A DNA stretch of 64,000 nucleotides, taken from the NCBI GenBank assembly GCA_028281825.1, contig JANQJC010000009.1, positions 8,138 through 72,137 on the forward strand, in the 5' to 3' direction. Below the pieces are notes generated by a model that was given only the letters and a program-made list of their open reading frames with translations, was not told where the DNA came from and made no database searches. The DNA is from Flavobacteriales bacterium (GTDB taxonomy: Bacteria; Bacteroidota; Bacteroidia; JANQJC01). A program made the translations under genes and the position numbers. Below, piece by piece: positions 38,930 through 48,928 of the stretch. How positions within the stretch are numbered: position 1 is the first letter of the stretch; every line of letters starts with the position of its first letter.

Positions 38930-39412
38930 ATGAAGATTTCAAATGACAGTGTTGTAAGCATTCATTATACATTAACCAATGATTCTGGAGAGGTTTTGGA
39001 TAGTTCTCAAGGTCGTGAGCCTTTAGCTTATTTACAAGGCCACGGAAACATCATTCCAGGTTTAGAAAACGCATTACTTGATAAAGAAGCTGGGGACAAG
39101 CTGAAAGTTACTGTAAAACCTGATCAGGGCTATGGTCAGCGCAATGATTCCATGATTCAAGAGGTAGATATTACTAATTTTCAGGAGCCTGAGGAAGTGA
39201 AACCAGGAATTCGTATCAGGGTTGAGACCAACCAAGGTGTGAGCATTGCTGTAGTTACCAAAGTAGAAGGTGAGAAAGTAACATTAGATATGAACCATCC
39301 ACTTGCTGGTGAAACGTTACATTTTGATGTTGAAGTAACTGAGGTTCGCGCAGCCAGCCAGGATGAAATATCACATGGCCACGTTCATGGTCCAGGTGGG
39401 CATCAGCACTAA
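38930..39412 (+). CDS. slyD: FKBP-type peptidyl-prolyl cis-trans isomerase SlyD with His-rich C-terminal tail
   Basis: The N-terminus (VVSIHYTLTNDSGEVLDSS) is SlyD-like, an IF insertion domain is present, and the C-terminus is HGHVHGPGGHQH. Confidence 0.8.
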   Translation: MKISNDSVVSIHYTLTNDSGEVLDSSQGREPLAYLQGHGNIIPGLENALLDKEAGDKLKVTVKPDQGYGQRNDSMIQEVDITNFQEPEEVKPGIRIRVETNQGVSIAVVTKVEGEKVTLDMNHPLAGETLHFDVEVTEVRAASQDEISHGHVHGPGGHQH

Positions 39413-39416
39413 TCGC

Positions 39417-40061
39417 CTAGCGCACGTAAAGTAAAACCGAAAAGTAGTGGCAGGCAGTACCTACTAATACAAAGCAATGGAAGATAGCGTGCTTGTAAGG
39501 TAGTTTTTTAATGCTATAAAAAACTGCACCAATCAAATAAGACGCTCCTCCCCAAATAAGCCATTTTAAGCCATTGGTAGATAAATTTTCTACCAGTGGC
39601 TTTCCTGCAAAAACGACTACCCATCCCATAAGCACATAACTAAGAGTAGACAGGGTTTTGAACTTGCCTGTATGATACAGCTTGACTATGATACCTATTA
39701 TAGCTAAGCCCCATATAACTGACAATACTGCCCAGCTCCATGCGCCCTCTAGAGTTACCATAGCAAAGGGTGTGTAAGACCCTGCTATCAGCAAATAGAT
39801 GGCTGAATGGTCAAAAATCTTAAGCCTCATTCTTGACTTAGGCTTCTTTGCTGAGTGATACAAGGTAGATGCCAAATAGAGTGTAATCATGCTTACACCA
39901 AATATGGTGAAGCTGGTGATGTGCCTATAATCACCAAACATGATTGCATAAATAATTAAGAAAACAAGGCCCACGATGCTGGCTATAAAGCCCACCAGGT
40001 GAGTGATTATGTTTATCCTTTCTTCCTTTGGGTCGTAATCATTCAGTAAATCCTTCATCAC
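39417..40061 (-). CDS. Hemolysin-III/PAQR-family membrane protein (TrhA-like)
   Basis: It has seven transmembrane helices, with EERINIITHLVGF at the N-terminus and HAIFH near the C-terminus. Confidence 0.7.
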   Translation of the reverse strand: MMKDLLNDYDPKEERINIITHLVGFIASIVGLVFLIIYAIMFGDYRHITSFTIFGVSMITLYLASTLYHSAKKPKSRMRLKIFDHSAIYLLIAGSYTPFAMVTLEGAWSWAVLSVIWGLAIIGIIVKLYHTGKFKTLSTLSYVLMGWVVVFAGKPLVENLSTNGLKWLIWGGASYLIGAVFYSIKKLPYKHAIFHCFVLVGTACHYFSVLLYVR

Positions 40062-40098
40062 AAAAAAATCTTTCCTTAAAGATATAGAAAATAGAAGT

Positions 40099-40563
40099 TT
40101 AGTATACGTAGTCCACCTTATTTTCGTGAGTGTTGATATTGATGACTACCTTTTTTTGTCCCTGATATTTCAAAGCAGAGATGTTAAACTGGAGTTCTTT
40201 TTCTTGTTTTTCTGCACATGACTCAGAACCTCGAACTAGCTCTAGAAAAACATTAGCCTGGGGAGGAAGGCTTTTTAAGAACATACCCGAGCTATAAAGG
40301 TTGAAGTCATCATCCTTGCAGGCATTCTTGTAACTTACCATAAGTGTCAGAATATCATCTTCAATAGAATACTCCCTGATTTTGTAAGGGTTAGATAGGT
40401 TCTTATATTCAATATCAATAATGACATTCTCAGGGTCTTGGTTATCTTCCAACTGAGCAGTCCTACTATCGTTAACAATCTTAGATTTATTGGATTTGCT
40501 TTTACATTGCACCAGAAAGCAAGCCAATGAAATAGAGAATATGATTAAAAAGTAACGTTGCAT
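40099..40563 (-). CDS. Small lipoprotein, hypothetical
   Basis: The signal peptide contains a lipobox-like LVQC. Confidence 0.4.
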   Translation of the reverse strand: MQRYFLIIFSISLACFLVQCKSKSNKSKIVNDSRTAQLEDNQDPENVIIDIEYKNLSNPYKIREYSIEDDILTLMVSYKNACKDDDFNLYSSGMFLKSLPPQANVFLELVRGSESCAEKQEKELQFNISALKYQGQKKVVININTHENKVDYVY

Positions 40564-40576
40564 TAGAGTAGTGTGT

Positions 40577-43324
40577 CTATTTAGCTAATATTATCTTTTT
40601 GGTGATTTGCTTATTGTCAATGCGTAAAACGAGATAGTACACACCGTGGCTATAGTCACTAATGTCCAGATTTAGCAGTTTTTTGTTTACTCCGACTTGT
40701 TCTATTATTACTTCACCTATCAAGTTATAAATGCTGAATGATGTAGCTTCCACATTATCAGGAAGTAATACATTAAGTTCACCTACTGTGGGGTTCGGGT
40801 ATATCTGAATAGCTTTAGCTATCTCTATATCGCTCAGGCCAACATTAGTTCCAACGGTAACATTTCCAGTTACAGAGCAACCATTAGCATCGGTAACAGT
40901 AACCATATAATTACCAGTAGAAAGTCCTGTGATGGTTTGCGCAGAGCCATTACCACCAGACCATGCGTAAGTATAAGGTTGTGTTCCATTGCTGGGGCTT
41001 GCTGTTGCAGTGCCGTCACTTTGTCCATTGTACTCAATAGTGGAGGATAAGCTAAGTGTTGGCCTGGAGTACACAGTAACGTAGTCTGTTAGAGTGGTTG
41101 TATCAGAACCAAATGTATTGGTAGCAATTAGCGTCACATTATACGTGCCAGCAGAATTGTAGGTAACGGTTGGAGTTGAATTGCTACTTGTAAATGGGGT
41201 TCCACCTTCGAATTCCCAAGAGTAGGTAGTAGGATAATTATTGGTATCCAGATTACTGTATTGCACCTGTTGTGTTCTGCAAATGGCTGTATTATTGCCA
41301 GAGAAATTTGCATATGGCAATTGTGGTGGTATTGGTAAACAAAAGTTTGAAGTTTCCTGGTTAGTGAAATCACCACCAGTTGCTATTTCAAAACCATGTT
41401 CATCTTCTAAAGTATATGAACCCTGGCCTTCACTGCAGCAAATACCATCGCCATAATCATCAAAAATGGTGAATTCATAACAGTCATTGTCAGCCAGGCA
41501 AAAGTCTATTTCATATGTTGAGTTGTCTCCGTAAGTATTGATATCCTCATTGTAAAGTACTTGATTACCAGAGTTTCTTAGTTCCCAGCTTGTTTCTTCT
41601 CCCCAGTTATCAGTTACTAAAGTGAGTGTTATTGCAGAACCAATAATCGTATTAAAGTTGACGTTAGCACTATTGTTTTGAGAGTTTTGGTCAGTACCAC
41701 CGTTTGGAGAACTAACGGTAGCAATCATAGTATGAGCGCCTGAGCCAAGGTTTACAGTGTTGAATGTGATGTCTTCAGTTTCATTGGTTGCTAATGAGCC
41801 TGTCCAGTTTACTACGTAATTATTACCATCAATATTCACGGTTACTGTTAAAGAAGTAAGTGTGTCACCGCCAGAGTTTTTGATGGTAACTACTGGGGTA
41901 ATAGAGTTATCACAGATATCCGCTCCATCGGTTGGGCTATTGATAGATATTAATCCGGCATCAAGAGCAAACAGTGGGGCATATGGGTCTAATCCATTAA
42001 CAGAGGTTGCACCAGTATTGCCTGGGTCAAGCCAGTCACGTAGCCTATTGGATGATGAACTTCCATTCCAAGAAGTGGAAAACTTGCCATAAAAGTCGGG
42101 CTGGCTGTTTGGGTTAGAGCCATTACAAGCTGCACTACCACCATATAGTTGACCAATGATTTGATGGGTGGCTTCATCAAACAAAGGGCTACCTGATGAA
42201 CCACCTTCTGTAGTGCCTTCTTCCCATGCTCCTACCCTCCATGTAGATGCTCCACTAAAGTTGGCAGATGTAGTTGCGTTTTGGTCTCTGGATATCTTTT
42301 TAATATCACCTGAAGGATGATGAATACATACAGATGATGAAGATGAATTATTATCATTTCTCCAACCTGCTAGATAAGGATTGTAGTTAGCAGGAATTGG
42401 GTCGTCTAACTCAACCAAGGCGAAATCAGAACCTGCGTTACTTGCCCTAAAAATGGCACCAGTTAAACTTTGATTCGTTGGCCCGCTTGAGCCACCGCAA
42501 GTAGAACTCTGGTAGTTGAAACGGAATACCCAGGTAGCAGGGTTAGTGCCTTGATAACAATGATTGGCCGTTAGGTAATAAGGTGTTCCGTCGTTTGCTG
42601 TATTATTGACCAGAGAACCTGAACAAAGGCCACCGCCAAGCACTATGCGGGTTACAGCGTTTCTTTCATTGGTCCAGTTAGCACCCAGTGGGCAATTTAC
42701 ATTGATATTACAAGCACCTGAACCACCTGCTGATGAAGATTTGGTTAAGTCATCTAACACATTTCTGTAAGCATGAACTACAGTGGTTAATTTAAAATGC
42801 CCCACACCCCTTGCATGGGCAGGCTCGTAATATTCCAATGTAATTTGGTCTCCTTCGATAAGATTAGTGGCGAAATAGCCATGGGGTTTGTTGTTCTTTT
42901 CGGTAAAGGCTCCTAAAACTGCAGACTTGTCCAAGTTGTATATAAAAAGCTTGGAACCTTCAGCTAGATAGAAATTTTCAAATATTAAGTTGATAGAGTA
43001 GGCACCATTAGACTTGATAGATTGCCTCCATAGTCCGGCACCATTTTTAAGGTTTTCCCAATTGCCATTGTCAGCAAGGGTTATATTCACAGGAAGCTCA
43101 GCACCAAAACGATAACGCCCGATTTTATTTGCGTGGTTTATTTCATCTTCAGCTAGCAATGCAGCTGCATCAACACTTGGCAAAGTATAAACAGGAATAT
43201 TTTGCTCCAAGCCTTTCTTTGTAAAACTCACAGGGGTGCCACCTTGACTCAATTGAGCATAGGATGAAGAACCCATGAATAGGGATACAAGTAGAGAAAT
43301 AGAAAGTAACACAATCTTGTTCAT
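40577..43324 (-). CDS. Secreted trypsin-like (S1) serine endopeptidase with PKD domain, SprB-type repeat and T9SS type-A C-terminal sorting domain
   Basis: There is a signal peptide. The catalytic triad context is TANHC / DFALVEL / GGSSGSPLF. A PKD repeat (YSWEFEGG) is followed by YTYAWSGGNGS...VTVTDANGCS, which is SprB/HYR-like. The C-terminal tail is IYPNPTVGELNVLL...GVYYLVLRIDN. Confidence 0.65.
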   Translation of the reverse strand: MNKIVLLSISLLVSLFMGSSSYAQLSQGGTPVSFTKKGLEQNIPVYTLPSVDAAALLAEDEINHANKIGRYRFGAELPVNITLADNGNWENLKNGAGLWRQSIKSNGAYSINLIFENFYLAEGSKLFIYNLDKSAVLGAFTEKNNKPHGYFATNLIEGDQITLEYYEPAHARGVGHFKLTTVVHAYRNVLDDLTKSSSAGGSGACNINVNCPLGANWTNERNAVTRIVLGGGLCSGSLVNNTANDGTPYYLTANHCYQGTNPATWVFRFNYQSSTCGGSSGPTNQSLTGAIFRASNAGSDFALVELDDPIPANYNPYLAGWRNDNNSSSSSVCIHHPSGDIKKISRDQNATTSANFSGASTWRVGAWEEGTTEGGSSGSPLFDEATHQIIGQLYGGSAACNGSNPNSQPDFYGKFSTSWNGSSSSNRLRDWLDPGNTGATSVNGLDPYAPLFALDAGLISINSPTDGADICDNSITPVVTIKNSGGDTLTSLTVTVNIDGNNYVVNWTGSLATNETEDITFNTVNLGSGAHTMIATVSSPNGGTDQNSQNNSANVNFNTIIGSAITLTLVTDNWGEETSWELRNSGNQVLYNEDINTYGDNSTYEIDFCLADNDCYEFTIFDDYGDGICCSEGQGSYTLEDEHGFEIATGGDFTNQETSNFCLPIPPQLPYANFSGNNTAICRTQQVQYSNLDTNNYPTTYSWEFEGGTPFTSSNSTPTVTYNSAGTYNVTLIATNTFGSDTTTLTDYVTVYSRPTLSLSSTIEYNGQSDGTATASPSNGTQPYTYAWSGGNGSAQTITGLSTGNYMVTVTDANGCSVTGNVTVGTNVGLSDIEIAKAIQIYPNPTVGELNVLLPDNVEATSFSIYNLIGEVIIEQVGVNKKLLNLDISDYSHGVYYLVLRIDNKQITKKIILAK

Positions 43325-43500
43325 GATTGTCTCGGTTTTGTTAGTCTTATAAATTTACGAAATGCTGTTCTGATATGCATTCGGTAGCTGCAATTATAAG
43401 TATTCTCGATGGGAAAGCGAGGCAGTATTAGATAAGATGGGAATTTTTGGGGATAGGATATGAATTTTGACTAAAATTGAACAAACTTTAACAAAAGCTA

Positions 43501-44379
43501 ATGAGATTATCATTACTCATATTACCTATTATAACCCTATCTTCTTGTATTACAAATAATCAAGATAAGATAGTTGAAAACAGGATATATGATTGTTTGG
43601 TTGCGAGCTATAGTGAGCAAGGGGTTAACCTGGAGGAAGAGATAGATTCATTTCAGAACTACTTAATAACTGAGGAATACTTAAAAGACGCTAGTGGAAA
43701 GGCGATTCTTGGGTTGTATGAGAGGATGGCTGCAACCAATGAGTTTCCGGTAAGCAGGAGAGATAAATGGGAAGGACTAGAGAAAGTTAACTTTGTTCAA
43801 TTTGCGGATTGCTTTGGTAAAGAGCAAGATACGGTAATTGGTCATACAAAGCTGGATTTACTTGGCAAAAAGCTGAGAGAAACAAAAATTCCAATTGACA
43901 GTGGTATTGCCAAGACTGGTTCGATTATGATTTCAATTTTCGATGCTGAAGATTTCGAAAGGGAACCAATGAGGACCTATGCCCTATGGACTTTTTATTT
44001 TGCTGCACTACAAGATGCAGGACTTGATGCCGTATTGCAGGAGGTACCAGTAGATAATACAGTTTATAATTATTTGATTATAAGGGTTACTGAAGATGAT
44101 GAAATTAGAGTTGACGGAGAGAAAATTGATATAGGTGACATTAAATCATTGGCGCGCAAGCATTATGATGAGAATGTAGGGAATGCAGGCTTTTTAATTG
44201 AAATAGAGAAAGGAACTGCATTTGACACTTATGTGAATATCAGTGATAGATTGTATGAAGTAAAATCGGAGTATTGGGAAGAGCAAAGTGGGTTGATGTT
44301 TGGCAGGCCATTCTCCCAGTTGAATGAAGAAGAAAAGGCGGCTGTGAGAGAAAAGGTTAAGTTTAAAATAAGAGGATAA
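43501..44379 (+). CDS. Lipoprotein, hypothetical
   Basis: The signal peptide has the lipobox ITLSSC. Confidence 0.4.
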   Translation: MRLSLLILPIITLSSCITNNQDKIVENRIYDCLVASYSEQGVNLEEEIDSFQNYLITEEYLKDASGKAILGLYERMAATNEFPVSRRDKWEGLEKVNFVQFADCFGKEQDTVIGHTKLDLLGKKLRETKIPIDSGIAKTGSIMISIFDAEDFEREPMRTYALWTFYFAALQDAGLDAVLQEVPVDNTVYNYLIIRVTEDDEIRVDGEKIDIGDIKSLARKHYDENVGNAGFLIEIEKGTAFDTYVNISDRLYEVKSEYWEEQSGLMFGRPFSQLNEEEKAAVREKVKFKIRG

Positions 44380-44383
44380 GCAG

Positions 44384-46417
44384 CTAGTCTTTCTTCCCTT
44401 CAATCACTTTCTCCAAAGCATACATTTCATCACGTAGCTTGGCTGCCTCAAGGAAATCAAGTTCCTTTGCTGCTACTTCCATCGCTTTGCGGGTTTTTTC
44501 AAGGCTTTTCTTGAGTTGGTCTATGCTCATATATTGCACTACAGGGTCGGCAGCTACACTTGTAATCTCTTGCTCTACATAAGCCTTTGGCTCACCTGTT
44601 TTCTTGCCTACTATGGTTTGGTTCATAATCGCTTCACGAGATTTTTTAAGTGCAGTAGGGGTGATGCCCAATTTCTCGTTGTACTTCATTTGCTTATCAC
44701 GTCGGCGTTCAGTTTCATCAATGGTTTGTTGCATGCTTTCGGTTATGGTATCAGCATACATGATAACGCGACCATTCACATTACGAGCAGCGCGGCCAGC
44801 CGTCTGTGTAAGTGAGCGGGTCGAGCGCAAAAAACCTTCTTTGTCCGCATCCAAGATGGCTACTAATGAAACTTCAGGTAAGTCAAGCCCTTCTCTCAAA
44901 AGGTTGATGCCCACCAATACATCAAAATTGCCTAGGCGTAAATCTCTTAGAAGTTCCACACGTTCAAGCGTATCTACCTCGGAGTGGATGTAACGACAAT
45001 TGATGTTTAGGTTAACGAGGTATTTGCTCAACTCTTCAGCCATGCGTTTGGTGAGGGTAGTCACCAATACACGTTCTCCCTTGGTCCTTGTCTGTTCTAT
45101 CTCGTCTAATAAGTCGTCCACTTGGTTGATACTAGGGCGAACCTCAATTATAGGGTCTAACAAGCCAGTTGGGCGAACAATTTGTTCTACGACTACACCG
45201 TCCGATTGCTCTAACTCATAATCGGAAGGAGTGGCACTTACGTATATTACCTGGTTTTGCAATGATTCAAATTCTTCGAATTTCAATGGCCTATTGTCCA
45301 TTGCTGCTGGAAGGCGAAAGCCATACTCCACCAGGTTTTGCTTTCTAGACCTATCACCGCCATACATAGCACGATACTGAGGAACTGACACATGGCTTTC
45401 ATCAATTACCATCAGGTAATCTTCAGGGAAATAATCTATCAGGCAAAAGGGGCGGGTGCCAGGCAATCTGCGGTCAAAATAACGGCTGTAATTCTCAATA
45501 CCCGAGCAGTAACCTAATTCACGCATCATTTCCAGGTCATAGGTTACTCTTTCTTCCAATCGCTTAGCTTCTAAGTGTTTTCCTACCTCCTTAAAATATT
45601 CTACTTGCTTCATCAAGTCATCCTGTATCTCAAAGATGGAAGATTTAAGCGTATCAGGGGATGTAACGAAGATGTTGGCAGGATAAATTGTCAGTTGGTC
45701 AAAGCCTTCCAATCTTCCACCAGAAATAGGGTCGAAAGACTCAATTTCTTCTATTTCATTTCCAAAGAAGAATATACGATAAGCGATATCGGCGTAAGCA
45801 GGGAATATATCCACAGTATCGCCTTTTACGCGGAAATTACCCCTGTTAAAATCGGCTTCTGTTCTTGAATACAATGAGCCGACAAAATCCAGTAAAAGCC
45901 TGTTGCGACTGATGGTTTGCCCAGTTTGAATTTGTATAGTGTTGTTCTTGAAATCAGTCGGGTTACCAATGCCGTAAATACACGAGACCGAGGAAATCAC
46001 TATCACATCACGCCTGCCAGAAAGTAGGGAAGAAGTAGTGCTCAATCGCAGCTTCTCGATTTCCTCATTGATGGAGAGGTCTTTCTCGATATAAGTATTG
46101 GTTACAGGAATGTATGCTTCAGGCTGGTAGTAGTCGTAATAGGAAACAAAATACTCTACCGCATTGTCAGGGAAGAACTGCTTGAACTCACCATATAATT
46201 GCGCCGCTAGAGTCTTATTATGGCTCATGATGAGTGTTGGCCTTTGTACCTCTTGAATTACATTGGCAATAGTGAAGGTTTTACCAGAGCCTGTCACCCC
46301 CAGCAGGGTTTGGAATTTGTCGCCATCCAAAACGCCCTTTGAGAGCTGTGCAATTGCTTCAGGTTGGTCGCCAGTAGGCTTGAAATCAGATGTAATTTTG
46401 AAATCCACAGCCTGCAA
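44384..46417 (-). CDS. uvrB: Excinuclease ABC subunit B
   Basis: The N-terminus is PTGDQPEAI, Walker A is GVTGSGKT, and the helicase motifs, DEAH-like DESH and C-terminal UvrB/UvrC interaction coiled coil are present. The ORF-track start at 46552 overlaps the divergent GNAT gene. An in-frame TTG (46417) or GTG (46408) just upstream of DFKITSDFKPTGDQ is the likely real start. Confidence 0.9.
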   Translation of the reverse strand: MQAVDFKITSDFKPTGDQPEAIAQLSKGVLDGDKFQTLLGVTGSGKTFTIANVIQEVQRPTLIMSHNKTLAAQLYGEFKQFFPDNAVEYFVSYYDYYQPEAYIPVTNTYIEKDLSINEEIEKLRLSTTSSLLSGRRDVIVISSVSCIYGIGNPTDFKNNTIQIQTGQTISRNRLLLDFVGSLYSRTEADFNRGNFRVKGDTVDIFPAYADIAYRIFFFGNEIEEIESFDPISGGRLEGFDQLTIYPANIFVTSPDTLKSSIFEIQDDLMKQVEYFKEVGKHLEAKRLEERVTYDLEMMRELGYCSGIENYSRYFDRRLPGTRPFCLIDYFPEDYLMVIDESHVSVPQYRAMYGGDRSRKQNLVEYGFRLPAAMDNRPLKFEEFESLQNQVIYVSATPSDYELEQSDGVVVEQIVRPTGLLDPIIEVRPSINQVDDLLDEIEQTRTKGERVLVTTLTKRMAEELSKYLVNLNINCRYIHSEVDTLERVELLRDLRLGNFDVLVGINLLREGLDLPEVSLVAILDADKEGFLRSTRSLTQTAGRAARNVNGRVIMYADTITESMQQTIDETERRRDKQMKYNEKLGITPTALKKSREAIMNQTIVGKKTGEPKAYVEQEITSVAADPVVQYMSIDQLKKSLEKTRKAMEVAAKELDFLEAAKLRDEMYALEKVIEGKKD

Positions 46418-46529
46418 AGATAGGGCTTTTTGAGGAGCCAGAGACCAGAATATAGGAGTCGGAAGCTTAATTTTAACGTATCTTTCGTATGATATAGAAC
46501 TAAAGTAAATTAGTAGCAAAATTTCCCTT

Positions 46530-46958
46530 ATGCCAGCTGATACAATCACCATTTCAACAGACGATGAGAAACTGGATATTGCTTACGTCTACAACTTTTT
46601 AAAAGAAACTTATTGGGGCAAAGGCCGAACCTATGAAGGAATGAAAGTGATGATTAAAAATTCCTCTGTCAATTTCGGGATGTATGATGGAGACAAGCAA
46701 ATAGGTTTTGCAAGGGTGCTGACAGATACCCTACGTTTTGCATATATATTGGATGTATTTATTGACCAAGAATATCAAAGTAGGGGATTAGGACTGAGAT
46801 TGATGAAGTACGTTTTGGAGCATGAAAGCATGAAAAATGTGGATAAAGTAGCCTTAGGTACTCGAGATGCACATGGTGTGTATGAAAAGCTGGGTTTTAC
46901 AGCTCTTGAAAGCCCTGAAATATGGATGGAGAAGAAGAAGCCTAATTTGGTGTGTTAA
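46530..46958 (+). CDS. GNAT-family N-acetyltransferase
   Basis: The acetyl-CoA binding motif is QSRGLGLRLMKY, in GNAT motif A context. Confidence 0.7.
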   Translation: MPADTITISTDDEKLDIAYVYNFLKETYWGKGRTYEGMKVMIKNSSVNFGMYDGDKQIGFARVLTDTLRFAYILDVFIDQEYQSRGLGLRLMKYVLEHESMKNVDKVALGTRDAHGVYEKLGFTALESPEIWMEKKKPNLVC

Positions 46959-47701
46959 CCATTCCAAACCTCCCAAGCTTTTTCAGCTTGAATTTGCAGC
47001 ATCTCTTGCCCATTTTTGATAGTTGCGCCTTTTTCTTTTCCTTTTTGCAGGAATAAGGTTTTATAGGGGTTATACACCAAGTCGTATAGCAGGTGCTTGT
47101 CTGTTAAGTATTGATAAGGTATTTCTGGGCAATCGTCCACTTTTGGGTGCATACCGAGTGGTGTGGTGTTTATGATAACGGTATGACTTTCAATTAATTC
47201 TTGAGTTAACTCCTCATAGCGCAAGGTGTTTTCTGTTGACCTTGATACGTATTGAAACCCAATACCCATTTGTCTCAAGCTATAAGCCACTGCTTTTGAT
47301 GCACCACCCATGCCCAATATCAAAGCTTTTTTGTGGTGGTATTTTATCAAGGGTGTAAGCGATTCGGTGAACCCAACATGGTCTGTATTGTACCCCACCA
47401 GTCTTATTTCAATATCCCCTCTTTCTAACTTGATAGTATTTACTGCACCGATTTCTTTGGCAATAGGTGATACATCATCAAGATAGGGGATAATATCTTC
47501 TTTGTATGGGATAGTAACATTTAAACCATCCAATTCTGGATGGTCATACATCACTTTGCGAAACTTCGAAAGAGAGCGAATTGGAAAATTGAGATAATCA
47601 GTATTGCGAATATTTTCGGCCTCAAACTTTCGCCTGAAGTAATCTTGCGAAAAAGAGTGAGCGAGTGGGTACCCGATTAAGCCAAAAAGCCGCATGGACA
47701 A
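46955..47701 (-). CDS. aroE: Shikimate 5-dehydrogenase
   Basis: The N-terminus is LFGLIGYPLAHSFS and the NADP-binding motif is LILGMGGASKAVAYSL. Confidence 0.85.
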   Translation of the reverse strand: MSMRLFGLIGYPLAHSFSQDYFRRKFEAENIRNTDYLNFPIRSLSKFRKVMYDHPELDGLNVTIPYKEDIIPYLDDVSPIAKEIGAVNTIKLERGDIEIRLVGYNTDHVGFTESLTPLIKYHHKKALILGMGGASKAVAYSLRQMGIGFQYVSRSTENTLRYEELTQELIESHTVIINTTPLGMHPKVDDCPEIPYQYLTDKHLLYDLVYNPYKTLFLQKGKEKGATIKNGQEMLQIQAEKAWEVWNG

Positions 47702-47776
47702 ATCGTTTGCACAAAACTATTCAATTATATATTAAGTAGTGACACAAAATTTTGTATCCCTATCAAGACGGAAATC

Positions 47777-48862
47777 TCAGTTCTCAGAATAAAATGGATA
47801 ATCAGTATATCCCTTTGTGCCTGGGGTATAAAAAGTTGATTTATCCCATTCAGCTAAAGGCCAATCGTTTTTGTAACGCTCTGTCAAGTCAGGGTTGCTG
47901 ATGAATGGCTTGCCATATGCAATGGCATCTGCCCTGCCAGCAGCTAGCTCTGCTTCTCCACTTTCTTTGTCATAGTTAGAGTTAGCTATCAGGAATCCCT
48001 TGTAGAAGGGTCGATAATGTCCAATCACATCTTTAATAAACCATGGAACGTCTGAATCTACAAACGGCCTGCTCAAGTGAAGATATGCCAGGTCGTAATC
48101 ATTCATCCTGGTAATGATGTATTCAAAGGTTTTAGCGGTTGTCTCATCCGTTTCGATACCCATTAGGCCGTGCAACATTGGGTTGAGCCTAACGCCAACC
48201 CTGTTCAATGGCATTATTTCTTTGATAGCCTCCAAAACTTCAAAAAAGAAACGGCTTTTGTTTTCATCACTTCCGCCATACTCATCAGTGCGGGTATTGC
48301 TGCAATTGGTGAAGAATTGGTGGAAAAGGTATCCATTGGACGAGTGTATCTCAATGCCATCAAAGCCAGCCTTCATGGCATTAGCAGCTGCATTCTTAAA
48401 CTCCTGGACTGTAGCTTTAATCTCTTCAACTGTCATTTCTTTTGGAGTGACTGTTTCCTCAAGTCCTTTATTCGTAAAAACTTTTGTATTTGGGTTAATT
48501 GCTGATGGGGCAAGAGGCAACTCACCATCGTGAAAAGTGGGGTGAGATATTCTGCCTACATGCCATATCTGAATAAATATTTTACCACCTTCTGCATGGA
48601 CCCCTTCAGTTACTTTTTTCCAGGCTTCAACTTGTTTTTCGCTGTAAATACCTGGCACATTTATATAACCCACACCACCGGGAGAGACTACTGTGCCCTC
48701 GGTGATTATCAAGCCTGAACTGGCTCTTTGCTTATAATATTCAACGTGTATATTAGTTGGTGCTGCATCAGGGTTATCGCTTCTGCTGCGCGTCATCGGC
48801 GCAATAAACATCCTGTTCTTAACTTCTGTTGCGCCAACATTGGAAGGTTCAAATAATTTCAT
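47777..48862 (-). CDS. Old Yellow Enzyme-family NADH:flavin oxidoreductase (alkene reductase, NemA-like)
   Basis: MFIAPMTRSR, GGKIFIQIWHVGR and HSSNGYLFHQF are present. Confidence 0.85.
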   Translation of the reverse strand: MKLFEPSNVGATEVKNRMFIAPMTRSRSDNPDAAPTNIHVEYYKQRASSGLIITEGTVVSPGGVGYINVPGIYSEKQVEAWKKVTEGVHAEGGKIFIQIWHVGRISHPTFHDGELPLAPSAINPNTKVFTNKGLEETVTPKEMTVEEIKATVQEFKNAAANAMKAGFDGIEIHSSNGYLFHQFFTNCSNTRTDEYGGSDENKSRFFFEVLEAIKEIMPLNRVGVRLNPMLHGLMGIETDETTAKTFEYIITRMNDYDLAYLHLSRPFVDSDVPWFIKDVIGHYRPFYKGFLIANSNYDKESGEAELAAGRADAIAYGKPFISNPDLTERYKNDWPLAEWDKSTFYTPGTKGYTDYPFYSEN

Positions 48863-48928
48863 GTATCAAAAACTTATATGTTCAAATTAACTGAGAAGGC
48901 AAACAGATATAATAGGAAATGGTTCAAC

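Noticed and set aside
47714-47721. TAnnTTTG-like box (minus strand) upstream of aroE
   Set aside because: It lies only ~12 nt from the start codon, too close for a standard Bacteroidota promoter geometry.
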